From the NCBI RefSeq assembly GCF_009914755.1, contig NC_060927.1: DNA of 64,000 nucleotides. One strand, written 5' to 3'. Both the position numbers and the translations under genes were made by a program. Below are positions 1 to 17,600 of the stretch, piece after piece. The notes under the pieces were generated by a model, which was given only the letters and a program-made list of their open reading frames with translations, did not search any database and was not told where the DNA came from. Source of the DNA: the human T2T-CHM13v2.0 reference genome, Homo sapiens. The first letter of the stretch is position 1. Each line of letters begins with the position of its first letter.

Positions 1-3872
<3,872 letters not shown>

Positions 3873-3874
3873 GG

Positions 3875-5058
<1,184 letters not shown>

Positions 5059-6556
5059 ATGCCAGAGAGAGATGGCCCTCCCTATTGGAGCATGTCTCCT
5101 TCCATCCACTCACTGTAGAGGAACAAAGCCCTTTCTGAAATGTTTCTCCCAGGGCAGGAGACAAGAGAGGGAACTGAATCCTCACAAGCCTGTCCCAGGT
5201 TATGTATGATCTAAGGGTCTCATTTAGCTAGAAAGATCCAATTCTTGAGTTGTTCCAGGTTCCATCACTTCAAGCCCAAAGGTTTGAGACCTTTTAAGGA
5301 CCAGCGGACAAGATATTTTTCTCCCTAATTGAAAATAAAAATACAGTAGTTTCAGAGGCATTTCTTAAGGTGTGAACTATTCTTCCCCACAACTTTCAGA
5401 GCCATTAAATTCTTTGAAATGAGGCATTGGATGATAACCGCTTTCTCTGAGTGGTTTCTGATGTAACTAACAGGAGCAGTCCTGGACTTCTAGGCATTCT
5501 GTTCATTACTCTGATAAGTATCATGTTTAAGATGAATTCATTAGGATGATATTTCATAATACATTAGGGAATGCATTATATGATCCAAATGTAAAGGTGA
5601 TGAAGATTTCTCCTCCTCTCTCTTACCTGCTGCTGCAGAATGAAAGGGCACCATCAACCTGTAAAAGGCAATGACCTCATTCACTTTAATAACCTCTGCC
5701 CTTTTGCTCATGATATGTTCATTCTAGACCAGGGGAGAAAAATTTATGGGAGTATTTAGGTTCTGGTCTGCCACCACCTTTAACAATCTTAATTAATCTC
5801 TGAGATAATCATTCCCATTTCTTAAAAAAAAATAGGCCAACTTAATTAGGATGAGAATGCTTAAAAATTCTCTCTTCCTTCAGATTTCTACAAGTTTCTG
5901 AAAAAAAAAAAAGCCCCTAGTATGAAAATTAAGATCTGAGGTATTACAGCTGGTGAAGATTTGCAAAAGACACCAAAAGATGATATGTAACTAGATTTAT
6001 TTTCTTTACAGTTTTATGTTAGTGCAACTTTATTTTAGTAGACCAAGGATTGTTCCCAGTGGGGAAGGGGCGCCAGGGAGCCAACCATCAGCACTGCTGC
6101 CAGTCAGATCTGTGAAGCAGAGTTGCTGCCTACACAGTACAATGTAAGGGCACCAGGAAATCCTTCCAAATATCCCTTCCTGCTTGAAAATGCCGTGAAT
6201 GTCTTCTATGTGGAAGAGCCATTCCTTCCAAAAATATAGCTACAGTCCAAAGAATGTTCCCTAACACACCAATAATTTGAATCAACACTAGGATGTAATT
6301 GGTCACTAATGGGTTCTTCCATATAAATAAGTTTTTATTAAGGAAAAGGGGCATCTGGGAAAGCAAAGGGACACAAAAATAGGAACTAGAAGGTGATGAC
6401 AAGTTTTTCTAAATCCCCTCATAGCAACCTGGCCTATCCCTAGCAAGACAGGTCAAATAAAACTACTTTTAGTAAATACAGCAGGAAGAAGTCAGGTCTA
6501 AATTCTGTTTCATATTAAGTGAAAAACTTTCTGTGACATGCCTAGAGACAAAGTGA

Positions 6557-7074
<518 letters not shown>

Positions 7075-7095
7075 TAGGAGTGGCTACTTGGAGTG

Positions 7096-7571
7096 TGTTA
7101 AAAACTGAATAGTGCCTGAGAATTTATCCTTCTTGTAAGTTAAAAAGTTAGCCTGCCAAAGTTTTATGGATGCTAGTAGAACGCATGAGATTCCTAGGTC
7201 AGGGATAAAGGATCATCTAGCACTCACAGCAAGAGTAGCCACAGTGTCACCATTTTTACACTAGTTCCCCAAGCCTCAATTCCCACAGGGTGACATGAAG
7301 AGTGCCAGGTGACTGCCGTACACACAACAGGTGCACTGCACAAGAAGAACCCTGAGCTTAGGAAATCCAAATCTTTTAGAATGAATTTCAGCATGCCCTT
7401 TGCTCTGGACACTATCTTCTCTATTTTCCCAGACTGTAAGCAAACCTGTCCTTCTCTTGGAAAGAGACATTGGATCTTAGAAAAATAGTCTAAAACAAAG
7501 AGCAACAGTGAGTGCTTTGCTCATGAGATATGCAGATATGCAAGAGACTTGTGAAGGATTATCTCAGAACA
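7096..7571 (-). repeat. 3' LTR (LTR40-like)
   Basis: Minus strand begins 'tgttctgagataatccttcacaagtctc'. Aligns by eye with 11187-12264 ('cttgtaagttaaaaagttagc' vs 'cttgtaagctaacaagtttcc'; 'gattcctaggtcag' vs 'gattcctgggtcag'). Confidence 0.85.
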
Positions 7572-7589
7572 ATACTCACCCCTCATTTC
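7572..7589 (-). other. Polypurine tract of the provirus
   Basis: Minus strand 'gaaatgaggggtgagtat' abuts the 3' LTR. Confidence 0.8.
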
Positions 7590-7659
7590 TATAGCATCTT
7601 AGCTTCTGGAGAATCTTCCCATGAATCTCCCACTGTTGACCACTTCAATTAATCAGATG

Positions 7660-8200
7660 AGGTGAGGCTGAAACCAAATCTTTTCAATCTGTCTCATACA
7701 GCATTCAATTAGTCCAGTATCAACAGGACTTCAAGTAACAGGATGGAGCCAACCTGCAGTACTGACCTCAACTGTACCCCAAAGAGTCCCAGACCCAGCT
7801 GAACAAATCCTGTAAGCTATCGGGGTTACCTTAGAGATCCAGGTGGCTTTCTCCTTAAGTTTTTGTATTGACCTTTCAAATTGGCCCAAGCTATTGATCA
7901 AGACATAGCAGGATGGACTAGTGATTGCACAGCCTCTGCATTGGCCCACAGAAAAAAAGCCTAAGGCAATTCTGTCAACCATAACAACCCTGGCTAATAA
8001 GTTAAGGCTAATCTGAATGCTTTCCAGGACAAAGATAGTGTAACTAATCACTTTAGCTAACATCAGGGACAGGTTTTATACCGCCTTTTCTATTGGATGA
8101 CTCCCATGATAAAGATAACTGTCTGCAAGGTGTGCCAAAATAATTACTCAATCTCTAGGAAGCTCCCGAGTGACCAAGGGTAGCTTTACTGCAGAGAAAC
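7660..8200 (-). pseudogene. env: Degenerate retroviral env transmembrane subunit (gamma-type ISD + CX6C motif + membrane anchor)
   Basis: ORF 7731-8063 reads SLNLLARVVMVDRIALGFF..GQ..GCAITSPSCY.LINSLGQFERSIQKLKEKATW, matching the TM pattern (L..VV.DNR.ALD.LL..QGG.C.X6.CC..IN..G.VE). A hydrophobic LRSVLQVGSILLLEVLLI follows in another frame. Confidence 0.85.
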
Positions 8201-8493
8201 AGTGCAGTTGTCTGAGGGCTACATTATCTACTGATGATGTTTCCTCAAACATTTGAAGGTCCCTTATGATCACCCCTACAGAGAACTTCTCGGTGCAATA
8301 ATGCACTGGGCCTCCTTTTTGATGATAGAGGTCTGAAGAGATTGCAACTTTTCCTTGATTACTCTCCTTCACAGGATCCTTATTTTGTGAGAAGACCTCT
8401 GATTTTTCCAAGATTCATTAGCCAACTCTGCTGACAGAGGTGTGATAGCACTGCAGTCAGGGTCTTGGAGTCTGAGGCTTCTGACTTGCCAGC

Positions 8494-9199
8494 TGTGTTA
8501 GTCTGCTAGGGCTGAAATAAGAAAATGCCACAGATCAGGAGGGTTAAACAGCAGAAATTCATTCCTCACAGTTCTGAAGGCTGGAAGTCCAAGATCAAGA
8601 TGTCAGCAGGTTTGGTTTCTCCTAAGACCCCTAGGCCTTTGCAGATGACCACCTTTTCACTCTGTCGTCAATGGCTTTTTTTCTGTGCACGCACACCTCT
8701 GGTGTCTCTTCTTCTTCCTCTTCTTACATGGATGCCAGTCATATTGAATTAGGGCCCCACATTTACGATTTTATTTAATCTCAATTACCTCTTTTTTTTT
8801 TTTTTTTTTTTTTTTTTGGAGACAGAGTCTCACTCTGTCCCCCAGGCTGGAGTGCAGTGGCGTGATCTCGGCTCACTAAAACTTCCGCCTCCTGGGTTCA
8901 AGTGATTCTCTTGCCTCAGCCTCCTGAGTAGCTGGGATTACAGGCACCAGCCACCATGCTCAGCTAATGCTTGTATTTTTAGTAGAGACAGGTTCTCACC
9001 ATGTTGGCAAGGCTGGTCTCGAACTCCTGACCTCAGATGATGCACCCCCTCGGCCTCCCAAAGTGCTGGGACTACAGGCATGAGCCACCACTCCCAGCCC
9101 TTAATTACCTCTTTAAAGGCTCTATCTCCAAATACAGTCACTTTAGGAGTCAGGGCTTCAACACATGAATTTTGAGGGGACACAGTTCAGTCTGTAGCA
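8494..9199 (-). mobile_element. MaLR LTR (MLT1A-like) inserted in the ERV pol
   Basis: 'tgtgttagtctgctagggctg...ggaagtccaagatcaag...ggggacacagttcagtctgtagca'; degraded 5-bp flanks ccagc/tcaac. Confidence 0.85.
8792..9099 (-). mobile_element. Alu (AluS-like) inside MLT1A
   Basis: Poly-T plus reverse Alu; TSD 'aattacctct'. Confidence 0.96.
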
Positions 9200-10025
9200 T
9201 CAACCAACAGGACATCATCTATATAATGATAGTGGTGGACATGAAAGGGTAGAGGCACACTCACTAAATTCTAGTCCACCCCCTTGTAATAAATGGCAGG
9301 AGACTTTAGGTACACCTGGGAGAATACTACTAACATATGTTGGAGACCTTGAGTGTTAACAGGAACCAATCTTAATCCTTAGATGTCAGTGGTATGAAAA
9401 AGAAAGTGTTGACACATCCAAGACAATATGCCAAGTGCCATCACTCTGTGTAATAGACACAATAGCTGAATCTGGGTGCCTTGTCCTCCCACAGGTCTGA
9501 GTAGGATAGTGACTTAGGTACTCATATCCAACAAAGTCAGAAAAATTTAAATCCTTCTTCTTCCTAAAATTCCCCAGCATATGCAGATGAGTATGTATCA
9601 TCTTTAATCTTCCTTGAAGATAGAAATACCTCATCCCACCTTTATTCATCTTTCTCCTTAAAGTAGCTGAAGTCGGGGTAGATAGAGAGTGGGGATCAGG
9701 GAGTATGGAGGGATGGAGTGGCTCCATGTATTAAATGAGGTTTTCATTTACATTTGATTTTAAGCATCATGGCAGTAGCTCGCGGCTCAACCAAATGAAC
9801 TCCCAATGTTTTCTGCCCAACTAATACTCTGTATTAGGCAGAAGATCCTGATGGCCAATACCATCTATGTCAATCTTGGGAACCCCTTCGCTGAGCAGCA
9901 TTTTTTTCACATTGCTTTTTGGTTGGAACCATGGGGATTTGCATCCTCTTGCTGACTCAGGCTTAGCTTACACAGCAGCAACCTTCATTGATGATGCCAC
10001 CTTAATCCAAGGCATCTGTTATTGC

Positions 10026-10246
10026 CAGGGGTCAGTAAACTACAGCTTATAGATGAAATCCAGCCTGCTCCCTGCTTTTGTAAATAAGGTTTTATTGGAA
10101 CAAAGCTATATCCATTCATTTACGTAATGCTGTGGCTGCTTTTATACTACAGTGGCAAAGTTGTAGTTGCAACAGAGACAGTATGGCCCAAAAAGCCTAA
10201 AATAATTACTATCTGGCTCTTTACAGAAAAAGTTTACTGATCCTTG
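10026..10246 (+). mobile_element. MER58A-like hAT-Charlie MITE inside the ERV
   Basis: TIRs 'caggggtcagtaaact' / 'agtttactgatccttg' and a typical MER58 body. Confidence 0.85.
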
Positions 10247-11164
10247 TGCTACATTATTATCAAGATAATATCCATTAAGATCTGGCCCAATTTCATCAAA
10301 AGAGCTAAGGGGATTTTCCAGAGTGGTAGAGCCAGTCATAAGAATCTGTCTCAATTTCTTTGGTTCAGTTTCTCATTCTCTAATGAGTCACTTTCATTAG
10401 CATTGTAAACCCAATCCAGAACAGTTAGAGCCCAGATACTAGTCAATGTCTCAACCATGATTTCCCAAGGAAGTTTGTCTTTCTCAGATCAGGGAATCTC
10501 TCCAAGAGGGCCAAAGCTCAAATCTCCCTTATAGTAGTCAGAACTTTCTGAAGAAAAAACAACAACAACAAACACACACACACAAAAAACACCTGAGAGA
10601 GCTCTACTCTTGTCTCCAATGGATGTAAATTTGACATAATAAATCGCAGAAGAGGTGGAGCCACCAAAGTCTCAGCTATTGCCATTCTTCCTTAACACAT
10701 CCACCCTGTCTCCCAAGTAGCCAGCCAAAGTTTTAATGATTTCTGCCCATCACATTCACAGAGTTTTCTCCTTTTATGCTCAGTCCAGGTATGCATCTCT
10801 GCAACTACTGTCTGGATGGAGTGGAAACTTATTTCCACTCAGAAAAAAATCTCAGCAGTAGCTTTTAAAATTGAGGCTGACCACTGGACTGGTGAGAAAG
10901 TCCTTTTGTCTGGGGGAGAATTAACAACAACCAGGGCACCATTTAGGTGTCTGTCTTTAATTTATTTCCTTATACTCATTCTGCAACCACCTCTCCAATG
11001 CCTCTCACTAACAGAAAATAAAATGGAAGACAATTTATTGTTCAGCTGACCATACAATTTAGTGAACATGTCCACTACCAACTCTGTGGACCTTACCCCG
11101 GCACCATTAGTAAACCCAGGAGGCACTCACCTTTCCTTTTCCAGAAAGTCATGTTTCTATTAGC

Positions 11165-11182
11165 ATTCCATCCGCATCACCA
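11165..11182 (-). other. Primer-binding site, tRNA-Ser(GCT)-like
   Basis: Minus strand TGGTGATGCGGATGGAAT lies 4 nt inside the 5' LTR. It matches TGGCGACGAGGATGGGAT (complement of the tRNA-Ser-GCT 3' end, recalled) at 14/18; two mismatches are CpG transitions. Confidence 0.7.
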
Positions 11183-11186
11183 AAAC

Positions 11187-12264
11187 TGTAACAAAATGAG
11201 AGGGTCTGAGACTGTGCCCTACTTGTAAGCTAACAAGTTTCCCTAACATGATTTCATGGATACTGATAGAAGACACAAGATTCCTGGGTCAGAGATGAGG
11301 GACCATTGATTACTCACGTCAACAGAAGTAGCCAGAGTATCCGTATTTTTGCACCAGTTCCCTGAACCCCAATTCCTACCACTTGATGTGAAGAGTGACA
11401 GAGGACACAAGCACATACAATGAGATATGTTACAGAAGAATCCTGAGCTCAAGAAACTTGAATCTTTCATCCTTACTAGCATGCCTTCCCTTCACTCATG
11501 AGGGAAATACTATTTCTATCTTCTAAGGCTATTTGATATACAAATGTAGGGGCCAAGGAAAAACTTCTCTCTTCACCTTCTGAAAGTTTGCTGAAAATGA
11601 ACTGGCAAAAGGCAGATTAATGGGGAGAAGGGGCATATAAGTTTATTTTAACAAGCATAGTACAGGGGACTCAAAAGAGAATGATTACCCAATAACCCAA
11701 TGGGGGTACAGATGCTTATATACCGTTTCTTATAGGAAAAAGTGAGATGGGAAAATATGCAGTAAATGATTTTTAGAAGTAATGAATGGTCCTAATGCTC
11801 AGGCAATACATAATTCTTTTGGGGAACTGAATGGAACCTTAGAATAGACAATATTTTGAGACAAAGTTTGCCCGGGGCCTAGGTGTGGTACTTGATTTTC
11901 AGTCTCCTCCTCTGTGATATGAGTTTTAATCTTCTCTGGCTAATGAAACTTCAGGGAAGATATAGAAGGCAATTGTGTTCCTCTTTGGGGTCCAGTTTCT
12001 AGGTAGATAAGGGAACTACAGCCTTATCCTATACTTTGGAAGAGGTGGAGGACTGAGAGACAAGACATGGAATAAGGAGAATTCCCCAGGGAATAGAGGC
12101 TGCTTCTTTAGTTCAGCATGTCAAAGTGCCACGTTTGGGGGTATCTATTTCTAAGCCCCAACACAAACAATTTTGAAAAGATAATTTAGCACAATGGGTA
12201 GTGAGTGCCTCATTCAGAATATGTGTAGAAACATAACAGACTCATGGAAAATCATCTCCCAACA
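11187..12264 (-). repeat. 5' LTR (LTR40-like), interrupted by MER39
   Basis: Minus strand begins 'tgttgggagatgattttccatgagtct'; homologous to 7096-7571. Confidence 0.85.
11545..12163 (-). mobile_element. Solo ERV1 LTR (MER39-like)
   Basis: Minus strand begins 'tgttggggcttagaaatagataccccaaacgtggcactttgacatgctgaactaaagaagcagcc'; TG..CA ends; perfect 4-bp TSD 'caaa' (11541-11544 / 12164-12167). Confidence 0.88.
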
Positions 12265-12399
12265 GAATGTAGATTGAGAAGGATTTACTGCATCCAGCCT
12301 TGATGGGGAAAGATGACATAATCAATTAGTGATTTCTGCCACTGACACTGAAGAAATTCTTGCAGCATTTATGCCACATATTGCATATTACATGATTAT

Positions 12400-12750
12400 T
12401 GAGCAAAAAAATAAAAATATAATAACTAATAAGAGTTCAGTAGTAATTACAAAATAAATATATAAAAATAGCTTTTAAATATATCAGTAAGAACTAATTA
12501 ACTAGTTAGAAAATATAATGAAAAAGGATTACTTTCAAAATACCATTGAAAATATGAAATATTCAGAGACAAAGTTAATAAGAAATATGCAGGACTAAAT
12601 AAAAAGTATCATAAATTTTCACTAAAGGACATAAAAGTAAAAATTGAATCCACTGAGAAACATCATATGTTCCTAGGTAGGAGAATTTGCCACAATAAAG
12701 ATGTCAACTCTTTCCCAAATTCATCTGTACAGTTAATGTAATGATAGTCT
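12400..12750 (+). mobile_element. Very old L1 ORF2 fragment (L1ME/L1M5-type)
   Basis: A-rich degenerate similarity to the L1 ORF2 region downstream of RT. Confidence 0.55.
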
Positions 12751-13747
12751 CAAAAATATGAGTGTTTGAGTTTAGGGAAGGGATGGGTGATTATCCAAAA
12801 GAAATACTTGTTTTTATTGATTGAGCCTCAGATGGATGGGTTGTTCTAGTCATCATTAGCTGGCCGTCCTAACTAGTTTGCCAAGTTTGCAGAGCAAATT
12901 CTTGATCTGCAACTATTTGTGATTTAGGGAGGGCATTAACACAACAGATTCTCTCAAGTTCTGCTTCCCCTCTCACTAAGAACAAGTTCGGTAGCTGCAG
13001 TCACTAAATTCTTTGCTAAAAGGCCAAAGCCAAAGCATGAAGATGAAGCCCTCATTTTTAAGGCTTGCTCTATTGGATTTTCCTACTGTACCCAAAATCC
13101 CACAATTGGTATCTCTGCAGCAGACCATATGTATAATGAATAAGGCAGCAATAGAAATGGAATTAATCATGACTCCAGCACCAATGAATCTCTTGCAGAG
13201 GCTAAATGAGGATATTTTAGTAGCTTTTCGGTGCTCTGTGTTTTGATTTTGTAGAGGCAACTAAAATGCATCAGTAAAATTGTGCTAATGCCCAGCACAT
13301 GCCCATTCCTCAGCTACTCTAGGGTTTTGCTGACCTGAAAATGATCAGGAAAAAAATCTGAGTCTCCTGGCTCTCTTCCCCCTGGGATGTCATCTAGTCT
13401 CCAGATTCCTCTAATTCCAGCACAATAGCCACCCCCACAAGTGATTCCATGCCTGCCTGTGTCTTCTTTGCCTAATAGCTAATGTTGATCCAGCACCTGG
13501 GACAAGGAAGAAAAGCCCTGGGAAGGGGTCACATCACAGGAAATGGACCCTTTCCTACTTTCTCCACTCAACACAAAGCAGTGGTGAACATCCCCATCTT
13601 TTATAATGGCCAGGAAAACATATTTCCATTCCCTGGCTTCCATGGGCTTTACCTAAGCTCACACAAAAGCACAAACTAATCAAGTTGTAGGAGGTTCTAA
13701 AAAAATCCTACTTACATGATTTCATTTCAACTCTGATCACATTGATG

Positions 13748-13909
13748 CAGGACAATTACATAATTTGTAGAGCCTGGTACAAAATGAGAATACAGACCCC
13801 CTCGTTCAAAGATTATTAAGAATTTCAAGACAATAAGAGAGCACATTACACCAAGTATTAGGTACGTGCAGCTGCACGGGTTGCATATCCATGTAGCTGG
13901 TCCGTCCTG
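13748..13909 (-). mobile_element. MER45A-like hAT-Tip100 MITE
   Basis: 'caggac'/'gtcctg' ends; minus strand 'gtcttgaaattcttaataatctttgaac...caaattatgtaattgtcctg'. Confidence 0.75.
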
Positions 13910-14309
13910 CATTTACATGTTAGGACTGCCCAAGGTTTCCTGCTTAACATTAACTCCTGTTTTCTGTAGGTTTTACAAGGCCTTGCTTCAGCATCAAGGA
14001 TGTAAACAAGAGCAACATTAACTCCCCCAATTGCTCAAATGTGAGTTTAGACCTGGGGGCTGAATGATGTTGGGTGGAGGGCAAGAATCTGTGTCCAATC
14101 CAATTACTGTTAAAACAGCAGGTAAGCAACAGCAAGTAGCTACAGTTACAGCCCTATTGACCCAGCCCTGCCCCAGATTTACAACTTTGGTGACTTATAA
14201 TACTGCCAGAAAGGTAAGACTTACAAAGAACAATCAGATCATCCCATGAAGTTTTAGCTGGATGACCCCAGGGTAGGAGGGCCTTCAAGGGCATTCCTGC
14301 TTCAGAGAA

Positions 14310-14625
14310 GAGTGTCACAGACTGACAGCTAACGAGTCCCATTCAGCCTACCCATATGTTTTGTTTGGTCTGTAATATTTTTTAAACTGTAAAATTTTAC
14401 CTTAAAATCTAGATTTCTATCTTTCTAAAATAATCAGAAGAGCTATAATCCCTGGGCCCCCATCTTCACATGGCAACTATCAGCTAGAGTTGAGGAGCCA
14501 CTGCCCTTTGATGTGGTATATGCTCTCCAGGTCCCCCCAGCCTCCAACCTTCCCTAATGTTCTACATTATCTTGATTACCATATGCATGATACCTGCCTG
14601 GCTCTGATCTTGAGTTTATGATATT
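14310..14625 (+). mobile_element. MER102-like hAT-Charlie element
   Basis: 'tgttttgtttggtctg...ctgggcccccatcttcacatggcaactatcagctagagttgag'. Confidence 0.6.
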
Positions 14626-17600
14626 TGGTCCTCATGGGCTCTTCCAGCTCTAAGAAGCCACTGAGGGCCCAGGCTCTACCATGGACCAACACTGGACTGA
14701 GTTCAATTGTAGTACAATTTACTATCATTTCTATAACCAACTATTAGACTTTCTGAATGTTACATGGACATGGGTATAAAGTATTATGCAAGATGCTGCT
14801 GCTGATGATGATGATGATGATAGTGGTTGTCATTGTTAAGCACTTATCAGATGTAGTATAAAGATTGTATTATATATTATCTCATGTAATTCTGATATAT
14901 AGCATGGAACCCGTACACAGACACCCTCTGACTTAGGTGTCACCTACTTTACCCCAATTCCAGCCACCAGGTGAGACACTCCCTCCCCTCACTATACCTG
15001 TGTTCACCAAACCCTGCTATGCCAGCAGGATACTGTGTAATGTGCTGCCTTAGCAGCCAGGCAATTCAGCTTCTGCTGCTTCCCCATCTGTCTGGATTGC
15101 TGAGCCCCAGTAAGTCAGATCCTGGATCTACTTTATGACTTCTGCATGATGGGATCTGAGAGTGTTACAACCGCTAGTTAGGTATCTGCTTCCCCAACCC
15201 AACCTATCTCAGGTAACTTCCCATAATGGAGAAGGGACACTACCAAAGCTAAGTGAGTGGACCATGGGAAGGATCTCTGAAGAGAACCCAGGAACCAAAT
15301 CTGACTGGCATCATCACCAACTACCTTCCCAGCCTCCAAACCAATGAGAACCTCCCTTTCTTCTCCCCCGGGCTCACATCCCCTCCATGTGCCCCAGGAC
15401 TTGACCAGTTGTTGCCCAAAAGCAAGCTATACCACCAGGTTGCCTCCTGAGATGCTGCTCTACCCCTTCAGACTACCCATGTGAGCCTTCTTCTTCTAAA
15501 CTTCAAAATAACCTAGGCCCAGAGGACCCTCCAAGGCACCTAACCTCGTAGTAGGCTAGTAGTAACCACACTCCATCTCTATTTGAGGGTACTAACCTGA
15601 GTAAGTTTGAGATCCTCACACTGAGGCTACACTTAGGAATGCTTTTGCAAGATTCTTGCTTAAACTTCTGTTCTTTGGAGCTTTAGAACTAGGTGGACAT
15701 GCTGGGTTTCTGGACAAAACAAGATTATGGTTCCTATTAGCTCCCAAGGCCTTTGAATGAGAAAGGTTCTGTTTTCTTCAAATGAGGGCCTCCTAAGTAT
15801 AGTTGGACCCAATTGAAAACCCAAAGCCCAAAAGCTGTTTAACATCTGAGCAGGTTCAGGATCTGTATCAGTTCCAGCAGAGATGTTCAGGCAACAAGAG
15901 ATTAAATTGTGAATCTGAACTCACCAGAGAGTGATTGATAAACCAATATCCCATATTATCTCCCAGCAGGATCATCACTAAAAGAACCCATGCTGGTCAA
16001 CAGCACTCAGATGGCCAAATTGCAGATTCTCTTCTGGGTAAGCAAAGACCACGAGCCAGGGCAGCCGGATGTTCTTTCAGAGAATTACTTTCTAGCTCTG
16101 GTTGCTTGATGAATTGCCTTTCTCTGCTGGAGGGATATTTTAGTCCAAAGAACCAGTACAATTCATCTAAAATCAGATCACACTCTTTTTGGGCAGTGTT
16201 AGAGGAAATCTTTCAGATTTTTAGTCTCCTGTGTTCCTTTCTTAATAGTCCTTATCAGTTTCCTTATCATTCAAAAGCCACTGCCATTATGTGATCTTAT
16301 GTTACAATTTCCCAGATTACTGCTTGTCCTACATTGGCTACATTTGTGAGGGCTGCTTCCCGGAACATGTGCAAGGACAGCCATATCCCAATCACAATGA
16401 CTTATGACTTACTGCTCTAAGCCATTGTGATTTCACTCTGCAGCCTTAATTTCCCAGAATGGCATTTCTTAACCTTGTTCTGCATGGGATGCAGCTACAA
16501 GGTAATGGAAAAAGACCTGGAACCAGAATGGGAAGGCCTGGGAAGACAATTTCCTTGAAAAAGTTTCCGTATCCACAGTTGTAAATGGATATAGAACTGT
16601 CTTGCCTGCCTATTTTATTACTGAATGGAAAAACTCTTTGTAAAGCTAAGGTGCTAAATAAAATGCTGGGCTATCTCTTGTCTGCAAAGGCCCAGTGGAT
16701 TCCAGCCCAAACATACAGACTCAGGGGCCCTTGCTCTCACATTGGCTTTTACTGTTTTTCTTAAATCTAACCGGCAACAAAGCATCCCCTCCACCCTCAC
16801 CCCATACTGTCCTCTGGCAGCCAAAAGGAACAGAGGTAGACTGGGATGGGTAGAGGAAGAGGGAAAATTTAAACAGCAAGCCCAGGACTATCAAGTTATT
16901 CAGTCATGATCTGTTTGGAGCAATCTCAGCCAGCACCCCAGACACAAACAGAAAGTAATAGGAAAACACTGGATGTTGGCATCTCTAAAACCTGGGCCCC
17001 ACTACTTATTAGCTGTAAGACTGGAAAAATCACTTTTCTCTCAACCTCTTAATAGAGACAAAATACTTACCTACTTGGATTTCCTGGGGATTAAATTAAG
17101 ACATGTGAAGCCCCTGGGACAGAGCCTGATCTGCAATAGATGCTCTACAGAAATTGGCTTCCATCTTGTAAGGTGACACAGGAAGCCAAAAATGACAGCC
17201 TCCCTGTTTTAGTCAGAACTAAACTCACTACCCCTGGATCATAAGGCAAAGCACTCTAAATCCTATTGTCTTCTTTATCAGGGTTCAATTGTTTATAGCA
17301 ACTAGGAATACTCTAAAATGGTGTGCAAATTGTTGTGAGAGAATGAGTGTGTTCATTTTTCTGGGGAGAAGATCCACAGATTTTAAAAGTGTCCTTGGCC
17401 CATCAAAATGTCAAAGGTCTCCACTGTACCAAATGTACTTTTCCAGAAAGCAAACATGCCTCCAGCCAAGGAAGGGGTAGACCTTTCTCTCCAGACTTGA
17501 GGCTGTGCCACAGACCAGCCCATTCAGTGGGTTCTGCTTCATAATCTGACCTCTATGATTTGCAAATGTCCTTGGACAAATATAACCATTATGAGAGTTT

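Larger units (their letters stand above)
8395..9480 (-). pseudogene. pol: Degenerate ERVL-type reverse transcriptase fragment, split by an MLT1A insertion
   Basis: Minus-strand peptides GTWHIVLDVSTLSFS, LP..YLKSPAI and HYIDDVLL (YIDD at 9214-9225). After the MLT insertion the frame continues GKSEAS..TL..VL.HL....W..N..KI.G. Confidence 0.82.
7096..12264 (-). mobile_element. Endogenous retrovirus provirus, class III (LTR40/HERVL40-like), internally deleted, with nested insertions
   Basis: Two homologous LTRs with TG..CA ends, TSD gagtg (7091-7095) / gaatg (12265-12269), and PBS, RT, env TM and PPT remnants in retroviral order on the minus strand. Confidence 0.88.

Noticed and set aside
7731-8063. 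env ORF as a domesticated syncytin-like gene
   Set aside because: No signal peptide or intact SU, ISD and CX6CC mutated, frameshift before the membrane anchor; a decayed remnant
14797-14822. (GCT)n(GAT)n and other short microsatellites (10557-10584, 33985-34007, 34608-34633)
   Set aside because: Ordinary short tandem repeats outside any coding context
15935-16294. 119-aa ORF
   Set aside because: Non-ATG start and no recognisable homology
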